From the NCBI GenBank assembly GCA_027604505.1, contig JADIIX010000050.1, positions 62,001-126,000 of the forward strand: a DNA stretch of 64,000 nt, given 5' to 3'. How positions within the stretch are numbered: position 1 is the first letter of the stretch; each line of letters begins with the position of its first letter. The translations under genes were made by a program, and so were the position numbers. Origin of the DNA: Gonapodya sp. JEL0774 (Eukaryota). Of this stretch, positions 23,719 to 40,041 are shown one piece after another. Below the pieces are notes generated by a model, which worked only from the letters and a program-made list of their open reading frames with translations, made no database searches and had not been told where the DNA came from.

Positions 23719-26700
23719 ATGGTTCAGACAGGGCGGAGTGGGAAGAGCAGGCAGGGAGCAGCGAAGGGGAGCGGTAGAGAGGGAACGGATGGGCACAAAA
23801 TGCAAAGACAGAGAACGGGATCGGGGTTGAGTAGAGGTCGACAAGGACTAGGAGCGGACGCGCAGCACACAGTGCAGCCGCAGCACTCACAGGTGGTCCG
23901 CAGCAGGACATCTGTGTCGGCAGCTTCGGCGGTGTCGTCGCTCTCGCCACCGCCTCCGCTCGCCCGCAGACGATCGTCGGCAGCCCACACGATGCCCCAC
24001 ACGATGCCCCACACGCCTAACCAGCCAACCCACGCTGCGATCCACACACAATCCGCCGCTCACTCGTCTCTCAGTCATCCCGCACTTCCTGCGCCTCCCT
24101 CGCAGCTCCTTGAGTCCTTGTCCCAACAGCCCCTTTCCCGTACCCCGCACCGCCTCCCGTGCCCCGACCTCGCTGCAAACTTCGCACGCCGAGCTGCCCT
24201 CGCGCAATCGTTGCGCAGTAGCGTCCTCGCTCCCTTTTCGGGCCCAAATCATCCGCCGCTCCCGCTGCCCTCACCCAAAGGTGCGGTCGTGCTCAACACC
24301 ATCCGTGCCAAAGACTCTACCACAGCGCATTCACACTTGCACTCTCCGCACTTTCCGTATCCATCTCACCCCTTTCACCTGACTGTTCTACCCTCACGCG
24401 TCGTCCACGCTCCACTCTCGCACCCCCCAACACGTGAGATCGCTCTCAAAGACATCAACACGCTCACCGCGTCCCACGCTGCATCTCAAGCCCTCATCAA
24501 GGAACACGCACTCCGCCTGAAGCAACTGAACACCGCAGCCACAAACTCGCACCGGCTCAACGGTGTTACCAACGATGGGAGTACGGCCGCCGCAATCGGC
24601 GGAGATCCGGAGTTGCCCGATCAATGTCTGTGGAAGCGTCGTGGGAAGGCCAAGAGTAGGGCGGGAAATGGCGAGAGCGACCGAGAGAGGGACCGTGACC
24701 ACACCACCACCACCACCGTCCCGCCCCCCCGCTCCGGCTCCAAAACCTTGACTTCCCCCAATCGTCACACCGCTTCACTCACCCACCCGTCACTGTCACC
24801 GTCGCTAAACCACGCACAAGCGCCACAGCTCCCGCTGACCGCGTTCGCCTCTGCCTCTGCCTCCCTCCGCCGCACCTCGGCCCCACACACGGTCCAGTCC
24901 CACCACCCCTCTTCGGGCGCTCACTCCCTGTCCCTCCTTTCGCCATCCCGCCCATCCCATCCTTTCCCCGGCCTCCTCGTCCGCACAGCCTCCACGCCCA
25001 CAGCGACACCGACCGACCGGGACATCGACCGGGACATTGACCAGAACCGCCCCACCGTTTCCCTCCTGTCCTCCCACGGCCCCATATTCGGCTCGTCAAG
25101 TCACTCGCTGAAGGAGAGGGACGAGAACGAGAACGGCGGACGGGACGTGCTTGGCGGAGTAGGCGGTGCAGTGGAGAGTGATACAGACGGCCATGCGGAC
25201 ACCAAGAACTACGGCCCTGTGTTCGTCCTCGATCCTCCACCACCTCCGTCTCCCTCTCATTCCAAGTCCCATTCCAATACCCATACCATCTCCCGTTCGC
25301 CTTCGTCCTCCACAACCAGCACGGTAACCCGCCCAGCCTCTGCAACCCCCCGTCCACCCCCTCCGCCCGCAACGTTCACCCGCTCACTCACCGCCTCGTC
25401 CTCTTGTGCTCGCATATTCCACTCGTCACCCTCCCCGTCCTCGTCCTTTTCATCCTCGCTCACTGTCCTCCGTCACGCAAGGTCCCACATGGGGTCTTTA
25501 GCGGCCGCGGGAGTGCACGAGAAGACGGGTGGAGCTGCAGGTGGTGGCGGGGGCGCGCAGGCCCATGTTACTAGCGAGACGACCCACGACGACTGCAAAA
25601 GGGCACACCACCACACCGAGGCACCCACCGCACCCACACCTGCAACTGCACAGACCGCCCTCGGCCGCACCGTGCTCGCCACGTCGCGGCGTGCCGATCT
25701 TTCCACCACCGTCATACCGGGGGCACCTAAGGATCCCACAGTTGCTGTGTCCACGTCCTCGCCCTCCCTCCCACGCGACTCATCCCCGCAACCCCAACCT
25801 CCGCACCACAGCCCTCGCACGCCGTTCGTCTGGCGCCCCGATCGGATCCTCGAAGGGTCCGAAGACACTCTCACGATCGCGGGCGCCGTGGCTGTGGCTG
25901 CCGGAGGAGTCGGAGTCAGTGTCCCCTCACCCCGCAGACACCGCGATCTCGCTAATGATCACGGGATGGCCGACGATGCAGCAGGATCGAGGGTGAAGTC
26001 CGCTCCTGTTGCGGGCGGTGGTAGTCGCGGGCCGTCGGAAGGAGACGTGACCAACGTGGTCCCGGTTGTGGCGAGACCGCATACGGTGCCCAGGGTGGGG
26101 AGAACCTGTGAGGGGCCTGTGTCTGTGTCTGTAGGAGACTTTGGCGGGGGAGGGGGAACGAAAGGGCGACCACAGTCCAGGCACCACCCTTCGTCCCCAT
26201 CCCCATCCCCAATCCCTCCATCCTCGACCGTCTCGCTCACCTGCATGCCCATCACCCTCCCGCACTCTCCGTCATCCCCTGAGATTGTCGCACCCACTCC
26301 TCGCCGCGACTCGGCACCCGTGCCGGTTCTCCTCACCACGGGCCCGTCGAGGCGTGCGAGCGCGGTCACCTCGCTGCCCCATATGGGTGGTGTGCCGGTG
26401 TTTAGGTCCATCGTGGATGCGGGGGAAGAGATGGAGAATGGGCGTCTGGAGGGCGTGTGGGAGGATTTCGGAGGAGAAGGGGTGGACCGGGCGGCGAGTG
26501 GAGGCACTGGCACATCGGGATTCCCATCCCCTGTGTACGCGTCCGGTCATGGCCCCAGACTGCCCACGCGGGGATCTGCTCTTGGTGGTGGCTTGTCATT
26601 TGACGGCGATAGGGATAAGGCCAAGTCTCGGCGAGGTTCGGTCAAGGACGGTGCAAGGGGGTCTCTCGGTGGTGGTGGTGGGCTCGGGAATGGAATGCTG

Positions 26701-28381
26701 AGGCCAGGTGGTGGTGGGGGTGGCAAAGGCGCGTGGCGGGCGTCGGGGTTGCTGAATTTGGGGAGGACAGGGAGTGCCGTGGGGAGTAGGGGGGATTTAG
26801 GCGGTGGGTTTGGTGGGAGTAGGATGAACCTGGGAGGTACATTTGGCGGGAGCAGGATGAACTTGGGGGGCAAGGTGTTCGGGGGTGGAGGAGCGCCAGA
26901 AAAGAAGAGAACGAAGAAGAAGAAAAGGTGGGTGCCGTGTGGATCTGCTTTGGATTCAACACAGTCACGTTCAAATGTCTGGTTGTTCTCTGTGACTCAA
27001 AACGTGTCACTCTCTTCCATCTCGTCCATGCCACCCCTTCCAAAGCCCCGCACCACCAGCAGATCTTAGCCCTTCCCTCCTTCTCATCCGCAGGATTCTT
27101 TCTCGACTCGCACTTCGCAATCTCTCAGACATTGTCACTCCGGAGATCCTCCACCGAGCACTCATACCTCCCCCCGACACGTACATCCCGCTTCCCAATT
27201 CCCCCCGCACCAAGCACCATCGCCCACCGCTCTGGGAGCGCTACGCGTCGGGGGCATCGGTGGACGCCAAGGGTGCACTCGAGGAAGCTGTGCTGGAGAG
27301 GGAACGACCGGCGCGTTGGGCGCTTTCAGGACGGAGAGAGGATGGAGACGCGGATCCGACACACCGTGCCATGCTTGCGAACGAGCGGGCGTTGGTTGTG
27401 GAGGAAAGGTTGAGGAAAAGAGGCAGGATGGGAAAGTATGCGTATCGGCCCGCCAGGGCAGGGGAAGGGTGGAGTGCGGCGGTTGACGGGGACGACGATG
27501 GCGAGGGGATGGAGGAGAGGGCCAAGTGGGTCGCGGTGCCTGCGAGAACCAGATCGTGGTGGGACCGAGCGGAGACGGCGAGATTTTCTGGACGACGGAG
27601 TGTCGCGAGAGAAAAGTACAAGCAGAAGGTCCGGTTCACTCGGACCTCTCCGGATTCGGACGCCACCAGTGAGACACCGCGAAGGGTGGTGCGGCTTCGA
27701 TCTGGGCGGATGCGGGACTTGGACGAGTTTGAGACGTTTACGGACCGGCCGAGCACCCAAGAGACAGCCAACAGGGTGACAGTGGTGACTGTGCCGCGAG
27801 CTGTGTCGGAAGAGCTGTGGAATTTGGAAATGGGTAGACCGGCCAGGGAGAAGGTTGTGGAAGCTTTCTTGCGGAAGGTGGATAAAGAGGCGGTTGAACT
27901 CAAACAGGGAAGATGGTATGTGGTCTGGTATTTTAGCCTCGGTGGTTGTCACCACCACACCAAATTACATAACATTGGCACTACTAGGTTCCCATCCCCG
28001 CCTCCAAGTCGTCAGCACGCACGGACAGATCGTGCGCCCACTGTGATTCTCCGCGTACAGTCGAAACGAAGCCCCCGATTCTCCTCGCCAGAGTCGTCTG
28101 CCGGGCGAGATTCGCACAATCGAAAGCAACGAAACATCATCTCTGACTTCCCCGGTGACGACTCCCACACACGGGCGCTCAACCACCTCTTTGGAACAGC
28201 TGGTACGAAGCTCTTCAGTGGAGGTGGGAGCCCGGAGCGAACACAGCGCCGCAGAGGAACACAGCCAGGTGCCCAAGAATTGTCGTTCTCCTTGACATTT
28301 GCTTCGGCGGTACCGGAGGTCGTGTCGGTGGGAGCGTACCAACAAATGAACTCGGCTCGATATCGTGGGGGCATTTCCTGA
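23719..28381 (+). CDS. Large hypothetical low-complexity protein (His/Ser/Pro/Gly-rich), probably 3 exons
   Basis: 1139-codon ORF 23650-27069; GT donor near 26928 and AAG acceptor near 27046 join it in frame to ORF 27260-28381. No recognisable domain; true start uncertain. Confidence 0.6.
26809..26871 (+). repeat. 33-nt coding tandem repeat (FGGSRMNLGG x2)
   Basis: TTTGGTGGGAGTAGGATGAACCTGGGAGGT and TTTGGCGGGAGCAGGATGAACTTGGGGGGC differ only at synonymous positions. Confidence 0.8.
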
Positions 28382-29383
28382 GAGCATTTTTTTAAGCGAG
28401 CATTCAACTACTGTTTATTGATTGTGACTTTCATTTGGAATGTTGGCCAACATTGTTGTTGAGGCACGAACCCAACCTGACACCCCGTGCTGTGCACTCG
28501 TGACTTTTTCATTCTAATGAAGCGTACAAAGGGCCGAGAGTGTATAAACTTCAGTGCTCGTATCAGGCATTCTTACTGATTACCACGACAACGTCACGAA
28601 CGTTGTCTGGTGGCCATGAGTGGGCTGGTTGGGCAGCCGTTTGCACCTCTCCTCGGAGCGAAGTACCAATCCCGTCCATTTTTGAGCCCAGAACCAGGAA
28701 TTCCTTGGACTCTCAATAAAGATATTTGCGAAGCTTTGACCTGCCCCTCCGAGTTCAACCTGAGTTTCCAGTAACTCTATGACAAAAGCACTTTTATCAA
28801 TCAAATTCGATGCTTACAAGTTGCAGAGGGTGTGGAATCAATGCGGTCGAAGTTTTCCCAGAAACACAGTGGGCAACCTGGGCTCATACATAGTCCGGCA
28901 GCTGCGTGCACCCCCGGAGCAAGATGCACTCGGTCCATACCGATCAGCGTATATCTTTCAGCGTATATCTTGGTAAACGTCTGCCATACCAAACTATGTG
29001 GGAGAGGTTCCCGCTCTGGTGCATATTATTCGGCGCCAACTAACAGGGCTCACATGGAGCCCCTTCCTGCAAGATGAAGCAGAGTGTTCCTACAGACACT
29101 ATGAGTATAAGAGTACACATAAGATTGCATAATATGATGAACTGATAATAAAACAGAATGATTTATTTGAAGAAGGTTTCATGTGGGCAGCCTGAGGCCT
29201 TGGGAGGACAGGCCGAGTAACCGGCGGTCCCTGTTGAGCTGCACCTCAGCAGTCCATAGCATGTTGCGTGTGAACATGGGATGACTGTAAAAGACAGGAA
29301 GACAGGACAGGACACAGGTGGACAGAGTCGAGTGGGCTCTGCTTTCCATTCAACTGATCCTCGCTTGATTCAATTCATCCTCC

Positions 29384-30704
29384 ATGTCTCCCTCAGTCCG
29401 CCTGCCTTTCTTGGCAATTGGTTCAGCGCTGTTGGCCGCCTCGTTCCCTTCCGCGTACTCTCAATTGTTGGCATCCGACTGCGCAGTCTGGGAAGACTTG
29501 CTGACTCGTGCTGGCTACTCTTACCCATGGTCAACTGGAAAGTGCTGTGACTACAACGCCGCCTCCGGTGGTTTCTCCATCTCGTGCACCAGCAATAATC
29601 AATCCTCAAACGGAACCTACGGACCCTACTCCAGAATCTTTGCCGTGGAATGGATCACCTCCAGCTCTTATCGTCGGCTCAACCAAGAAATCCCTCCCTT
29701 ATCCACACTCACAGAACTCGAGGACCTGGAACTCCGCGGCGCTGGTCTGGTCGGATCCCTGCACGACGACCTTGCCACACTCGTCAAGCTCAGAGTTCTC
29801 GATTTCACAAACAACCTCAACCTTACCGGTCCGCTCCCCAATCTCTCCCCGTTGAAAAATCTGACCTACTTCTCGTGCTTTAACACCTCCCTCTCGGGAA
29901 GCATCGACGGCCTCTTACCACCTCTCACGAGCTATTACTCTCGTTGTTATACCCGTGGATCGAACCTGTATTCCTGCAACGGGAGCTATCCTTATTATTG
30001 TTCCCCATGCTGCGACAAACTGTGCCCGAACCCACCGCCTCCAAGTCCCCCCCCTCCGCCCATACCCATCAGCACGGGCGGCCCTACGTATGAGGACCGT
30101 GTGATCGCGCGATACGCTTACGTGTGAGTGCGAGTGCACCTGCCCTTCTCGGAATGCTCGTTGCCGGGCCCGGGCGAAGCTCACCGGTGTCGCAATTTTT
30201 CGTAACCCAGGTTTGTGATTGTAGGGCTCTTCGTTGCAATTTTCGTAACCGCGTGTCTAGTAAGGCTTTGGAGACAAGCCCGTCTGGCGCTGTCGAACCG
30301 TGGCAAACCACCGTCGGATCAAATCGGTCGGTATTAGATCCACGACAGCCTCACACAGTACAAGCACTCTCCCCCGATCTAACAAGAACGTCTCTTTTTT
30401 TTACCGCTCCTATGGACCACTCGGTCACGCTTGTATTCCCCTATTGGTAGCCCTGGTGAACACCTCGGACACCCACGCGAGCACTTCGGACGCCCTCGCG
30501 AATACCTTGGACGCCCCCCCACCCTACTCCAGATCTGAGCCACCGGTCACCTCACTACTGCTGGTACCCACGTACACGTCCCAAAGTCTCACCGGCCCTG
30601 GAGATCGCAGTACCGCCGTGGTGAATCCACCGACAGACGAGGAGGGTACCGGATCGGGATCAGGGGATCCGTCACCCAAAAATCTGCTTCCGCTGGTTAG
30701 TTGA
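29384..30704 (+). CDS. Single-pass membrane receptor-like protein with extracellular leucine-rich repeats
   Basis: Signal peptide; Cys-containing cap; LRRs LTELEDLELRGAGLVGSL, LVKLRVLDFTNNLNLTGPLP, LKNLTYFSCFNTSLSGSI; Cys cluster; poly-Pro stalk; spliced TM exon (YVFVIVGLFVAIFVTACLV then RLWR); cytoplasmic tail with PPPY. Confidence 0.8.
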
Positions 30705-30975
30705 TCGTTGTGAAGGGGACCGTGATCCGGAGGAGTCGGGAGTGCTTTGACGCGGAAGAGAAGATATATTTCCGAGGGCATATGGTCTTTCTTTCATTGT
30801 TTTGTCAATCCGTGAGGACGGAAAGCACCGGTTTTGGGTTCGAAAAGTTTCATGTTTGGAGGAAGAGATGAGAGGTGTGGGACCACCGTCAGATCAGTAT
30901 TTTGATATTTCTTGGTTCTTTGTTTCGGCGAGAGAGACAAGGGAGCGTCCGTGATCAGTACCAATTATGTTCTTC

Positions 30976-31628
30976 CTACTTTTTCTTGGCCTTTATTTTG
31001 TTTCGATTTTTGTACTCCGTCTCCATAATAGATGCTTGTCAACCCGTGATCGTAGGATCTCATCGTGCGACTTTATGACTAGGCGGCAATGAACGGACTC
31101 GCAGCACGTTGTGCCGACTGATGTCCTTCATCCCTGTTTTTGCGCTCCTGTACTTTGAGCCTGTGTCGAGTAGAGACACGCGTCTCTCCGTTCGTCACCG
31201 TGTGTCCGGATTCCCGTGTTGGTAGTATGGGTCGCGGCGGATGTCGTGCGGTTCTGGAACAAACTGGTCTTTGATTATTGTGAACGTTCGACCTTCTGGA
31301 GCGCCGGGTGGCTGTTCGTTCTCTGGTTGACTTCAGGATATCCGGCACGTAACTAAGCAAGCCATGGACCAGAGAAACGCATGATTTACTCGGTACGGTA
31401 CTTTGTAATGCTTCTAACCGAGTGTGTGTGTGCCTCTTTTCCATATTCCAAATGTTCAAGTTCGAAACACACTGGATTGCTTGGTCCGGCTGTTGTCCCA
31501 CAGCACGCCAAACCACCACAGAACCAGGAATGGCTTCCGGGACCAAATGAGAGAAGAACAGAAGGGGAAGAGAGACTAATGTCTAATTGGGATTGCAGTT
31601 TACAGATCTATCAGAAATACGGCGCCAT
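30976..31628 (-). CDS. Putative small multi-exon hypothetical protein
   Basis: Hand-built GT-AG model: MAPHSWFCGGLACCG...KHYKVPQPENEQPPGAPEGRTFTIIKDQFVPEPHDIRRDPYYQHGNPDTRLKVQERKNRDEGHQSAQRAATSIMETEYKNRNKIKAKKK. It needs one 38-nt intron; no homology recognised. Confidence 0.35.
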
Positions 31629-31689
31629 CTATTACAAGACGAAAGCGCAAGCGCAGCTAAAAATATCTTATACAGTCTGCAGATCCACG

Positions 31690-33752
31690 TCAGTGCATAA
31701 CGAAATCCGGACTCGGTTTCCCAATCGTCTCGACCTTGAAGCCGATCTTCCGCAGTTTGGCCGCGTCGAGCATAAGCCGTCCGTCGAAGATAAAGGCCGG
31801 TTTCTGCATTGATTGGTAGATCTTCTCGTAGTCCAACGCCTTGAACTCGTCCCTACGCACAGACGCAGACAGCCCAAGTCGACTTTCGAGTCTCGATTAT
31901 GGTTAAAGTAGCACAATCCTCACCATTCTGTGGAGATAACTATCGCATCAGCATTTGCAGCAGCGGAGTATGCGTCCTTGAAAATGGTGACCTTTTTCTT
32001 TACCTCCTCGATGCCAGAGGAGACACCGGGCTCGGTGAGGTCCATCATGATCTGCTCCTCCGTGACCTTGGGATCGTATATTCGAACGTTGGCATCTTCT
32101 TCCATGAAGTACTTCGTGAGGCCGATTGACGCGGATTCCCTGTTGTCCAAGCGATGGGGTGTTTTCAGAACTCACACATCTGGTCCCCATTGTCTGAAGC
32201 TCACCTGGTGTCACCAGTGTTCTTCTTGAATGCAAACCCTCTGCAAACCAGCGACTTAGCTTTCTATGATGCGGCGTTGAAACCACCACCAAGTCTCCCA
32301 CTCACAGCATGCAAATCTTCTTGTTCGTGACCGTATCGAACAGTGCGTGCACGATTCTTCGCACGAAGCGCTTCTTCTGATATTCGTTGATGACAATAAC
32401 CTGACGCCAATATTCAGCCACTTCCGGTAGGTGAAGAGATTCGCAAAGATACACGAGGTTCAAAATGTCCTTCTGGAAGCAAGAGCCACCAAATGCTTTT
32501 TGCCCAACAATTTCGTGCTTGATTAGCATCATATGTTACTAGTTCCGAGACAGGAGTCTGGCGCGACTCACCAACACTGGCTTTCAAGAACTTGGGTCCG
32601 ATCCTCGAATCCTTTCCCACTGCAAATGCCACCTCATCTACATCCGCGCCAGTTGCCTCACACAGCGCCGATAATGAGTTGATAGAGGATATGCGCTGCG
32701 CCAGAAGCGCATTAGCGGCCTGTGGTGGACCGACAAGTAGTTCTGGACAAATCCGACATCGGTGGGAAGCAGCACAATAGTAAAACTTGCCAACTTCGAC
32801 AGCTCCGAAGACCACAGATTCATTGTGATGATTCGCTCCCGGGGAACCCAGTGAGCATACACATCTGCAAGGGCTTTCTGGGCCGCCAGTCCTTCAGTTG
32901 TTTGGAGACTGCCAATCAAAACACGGTCTGGGGCGAACAAATCGGTGATGGCAGTGCCCTCTGCGAGAAATTCGGGATTGGAAAGAATGTCGAACCGGAT
33001 TCCATCCCGAGAATTTGCTTCAAGGATGTTGCGCATGCTTTCCGCGGTACGGCACGGCACGGTCGACTTTTCGACCACGATTTTGCTCGAGGTGGCAACC
33101 TGAGCGATTCTTCTGCACGCCGACTCAACATAAGCAAGATCAGCAGCCATTCCAGCACCCAAACCGTGCTTCTTGGTCGGTGTGTTGACAGAAACGAAGA
33201 TGATGTCTGCCTCTTGAATCGCTCTGTCAACATCCGTGGTGAAGAAGAGATTCTTGCCCCGACACGCTTTCACTACATCATCAAGTCCGGGTTCATATAT
33301 CGGGAGTTCGTCAGAGTTCCAGGCGGCGATTCGGGTCGGATTTACGTCCACAATAGAGACTTTGTACTCAGGGCACTTGATGGCAATGACGGAACACGTG
33401 GGACCCCCTTCAGTGAACGGTTGTTCGCCACAGAAGTAAGCAAAATGTCCAAATCCAATCAAGAATGGGCGAGTCGATGGCAGTAAAATGCGAAGGATGT
33501 AGAAAGAAGGTATAGTCGCAAACGCACATCTGTCTAGAGAACTCCATCAGAGTACAAGTCCTACATGGTTACTTACCGACGTATCCAGCACCTATGCAGC
33601 AAATTTTGCCTTTCCAGGTCTTCTCTGTCGAATCGGGTCACCAATTGGCGGGTAGCAGTCACCAGCAAGGGGAAACGAGAAAGGGGAAAAGATTCCACAT
33701 CAGAAGTGGTCGATTCAGTGATGGCAGAGATTTTCGGCCGACCTGGCGACAT
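31690..33752 (-). CDS. UGDH: UDP-glucose 6-dehydrogenase
   Basis: [74 protein letters not shown]. Confidence 0.95.
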
Positions 33753-33889
33753 TTTGATACGAATGACGGGATGGTAAATAATAATTCACGGCTATCAAAC
33801 TGCAGTGATCATATGTGATTTGTGGCGGACACTCCGGCCGTAGTCAATAGATGCCAATGGAGTTTTCTCTAAATGCCAATTCATTATAC

Positions 33890-35861
33890 TCATTTCTTGC
33901 GGTTAACAACGGTATATGTTAAGTCTATGAGTGCGTTTCTCGCCGGGGAATCCGGTAGTTTTGATATTTCGTCAATTGCCTGCTGACAGTACGATTCTGC
34001 GAGCCTCCGTGTAGCTTCGACTCCACGAGATTGTCGAACAAGCATTAACGCCTGCAATTGGTTGGGCGTTCAAATGTGGTTAAGATTGCGACACGAACTC
34101 CGACAGTTGCGCACCTGCTCCACGTCTCCTGACTGATTGAACTTTCGTTCAATAAGTTCATTCATCTCTGGATACTCCTCTGCGGCATAGAGCACGGGTG
34201 CGGTGGCGAGCCCGAGCTTGAGATCCGCCGCTGTTGGTTTCCCCATTTCTTCGGCTGTTGAGACGAAGTCAAGCATATCGTCGATAATCTGGTGCCGAAG
34301 GTGAGTTATTGGTGAGAAAATTGAACCCACCACGAGTACAGAAGAGGAACCTGTGTCAACTTGCCTGAAAGGCCAGCCCTAAGTTTTTGCCATAATCATA
34401 CGCAATCTCGGCAACATCGTCGCGGCAACCACCGAGCACTGCGGCCGCCTGACAGCTCTTGGCTATCAGACTTGCCGTTTTCAGATACGTTTTCTCCAAG
34501 TAATATTCGAACTTGGTCATTTTCACCCCCGTCCCGCCAGAGACCCCACCAACAACTGCGGAGGCAAGTCGTGCTGCGATGGAGGGTTTTTCATCTGCTC
34601 CTGTGGCCTGAGAGTTGCGGAGCTGCATGAATTCACCTTCCACGAGATTGGAGATGACTGTTGCGAGGAGTTCAACGACCTCGACATTGCGGAGACGCGC
34701 CAAGGCGACAGATGCCCGCGCGAGCAGAAAGTCCCCCGCTAGTACTGCCATCTTGTTTCCAAACGCCGCGTTGGCCGAAGCATTGCTTCGGCGCGTAGGC
34801 GACTCATCAATAACGTCATCGTGTAAAAGGGAAGCTGTGTGAATCATCTCCGTAATTTCGGCAAGACGTCGCTGAGAAGGGAGGATGGGAAGGTCGGGAG
34901 AGGTGGGGTACTCAGGAGCCACGGCAGTCGATGACTGTAATGTATAGTCCACCATTACATCTCCGAAAACAACCTCGGAATCCCTGACTGCACGATCAAT
35001 TTCGTCCCGTGATAAGGGAACTACATTCTGGGATTCCCATCGTGTTTCTGCGGTGACATTGGCGGCCATGGACATCAACAATACAATCAAGGGCCGAACG
35101 TGCTTCCCCTGTTGTTGGAAATAGTAGCTACTGATAGTGCTGAGAACTGGATGTCCACTGCCCAAAAGGCGACGGATGTGCTCAGTCATAACAGCCAAAT
35201 CCCGGCCTAAAAGTTCACGCGGGTTGATGACAGAGCCACCTTTCGGGTGGACAAGATGCTCCGCAATAGAAACAGCTTGTGCCCAGCTGTGCGAGGATTT
35301 GAAAGAAGGTGGTGTTCGCAAGACAGAGGTTACCAGGGGTCGCCGGCTGCATGGCTCAGTGACCCCGCGAGCCAAGCTTCGCCCCAGTGACTCCAAAGAA
35401 ATCCCCAGCAAAGTACTTTGCTGGACTTTCAGCGATCCATAGAGTCCGTTTTCACAGTTTAACGTCCGCGATGTCTTATCTCCTCCCACAATGTCCTCAC
35501 ATGCGGCTCGGCTATCGGAAGAGTAAGGTCTCTCAAACTCTGCAGAACTAAGCTCTAAATGCGAGGATGCGACGTAAGATGTATGGAAATGAGCATTGCT
35601 CGTCATATGTCCGTCTGATACTGAATGTGCTCCACACCCGAACACAGGTGCCGAGCATTGGAAAAGAAGACCTGATGATGCCAGCAGCCCCGGAAGGGTA
35701 GCACAGCCAGTGGAGTTACGGATTTTGTTTCGAGGGATTGTAGAAGAGAAAGATGCAGCGGAAAACTGTGTGGGATGACTTTTCGCGGACAAGATGGCGG
35801 AGGATGCGACTCCCATGACCCCACACCGCAAAGAGGACGAGATGGGGTGGATCGATGCCAT
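33890..35861 (-). CDS. COQ1: Trans-polyprenyl diphosphate synthase (ubiquinone side chain)
   Basis: GKHVRP, LAEITEMIHTASLLHDDVID (FARM), GNKMAVLAGDFLLARAS, KTYLKTASL, GLAFQ|IIDDMLD (SARM), DLKLGLATAPVL. Confidence 0.93.
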
Positions 35862-36026
35862 GGACTGCGGTATTTCTCAGTCCCAATCTCAGTGATAATT
35901 GAAGACACGTGTGCGTGCAGAATTCTGCAAAATACGTATCGGGATACTTTGGTCCTCACAACTGATCGGTATTGTGGCATTTGTCCAAGAACAAACTTAT
36001 TCAATTCAATTACATTTCCCACAAAC

Positions 36027-39228
<3,202 letters not shown>

Positions 39229-39331
39229 TTAAATAGAATTTGTTTGGGTGATAATGTTACAAATTTCACAGCATGTTCTGATTTTGTGACGTGGTTCACC
39301 GAACTGGAAATAAACCCACCATTCTGAAACC

Positions 39332-40041
39332 ATGGCCCGAGACCATTCGAGGTAGAAATTTCTCGAACAGTTTGCACAAATACTAAGAGCTCGCTGATCA
39401 TTTTGTTGCTCCGATTTCCTTCTGATGTGGCATCGTCGCTGTGGGTGGGTCTGATCTGCAATGGAAACAGAGATCCGTGTCCTTGGGTCATCGTCAATGA
39501 CAGTGAGCGCTCTTCCATTTGGCCGTGATTGAAACACCTCTTTCGTCTTACCAACTTCGTACTCTCGTCAATGTCCTCTTGGGAAGGCGGTGGGGCTTTC
39601 GCGATGGGGGCTGTTGGAGGTGCTATCTGGCACGGATTCAAGGGATTTAGAAACTCCCCGAGGGGCGAGAGGCTGCCAGGCATGATTGCAGCAGTCAAGG
39701 CTCGTTCTCCTGTTCTAGGAGGTAACTTTGCTGTGTGGGGTGGACTGTTCTCGACATTCGACTGTGGTATGGCGGGTCTCCGAGGTGTGGAGGACCCTTG
39801 GAACGCAATCGCTAGTGGTGCTATTACCGGAGGTGTTCTAGCTGCCCGTGGAGGATGGAGGACGGCCTTACCGAGTGCAATTGTTGGAGGGGTGCTTTTG
39901 GCACTCATCGAGGGAGTGGGCATCATGATTTCGCGTGTTTCAGCGGGGAGCTACAAGCCTGTAGCTCCGCAGTTACCCACAGACATTCAGCAGCAAGGGT
40001 CTCAGAAGGAGCGGCAGTCAAGTCAACTTGCAACAGCGTGA
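39332..40041 (+). CDS. TIM17: Mitochondrial import translocase subunit Tim17
   Basis: [42 protein letters not shown]...[16 protein letters not shown]...EDPWNAI. Confidence 0.95.
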
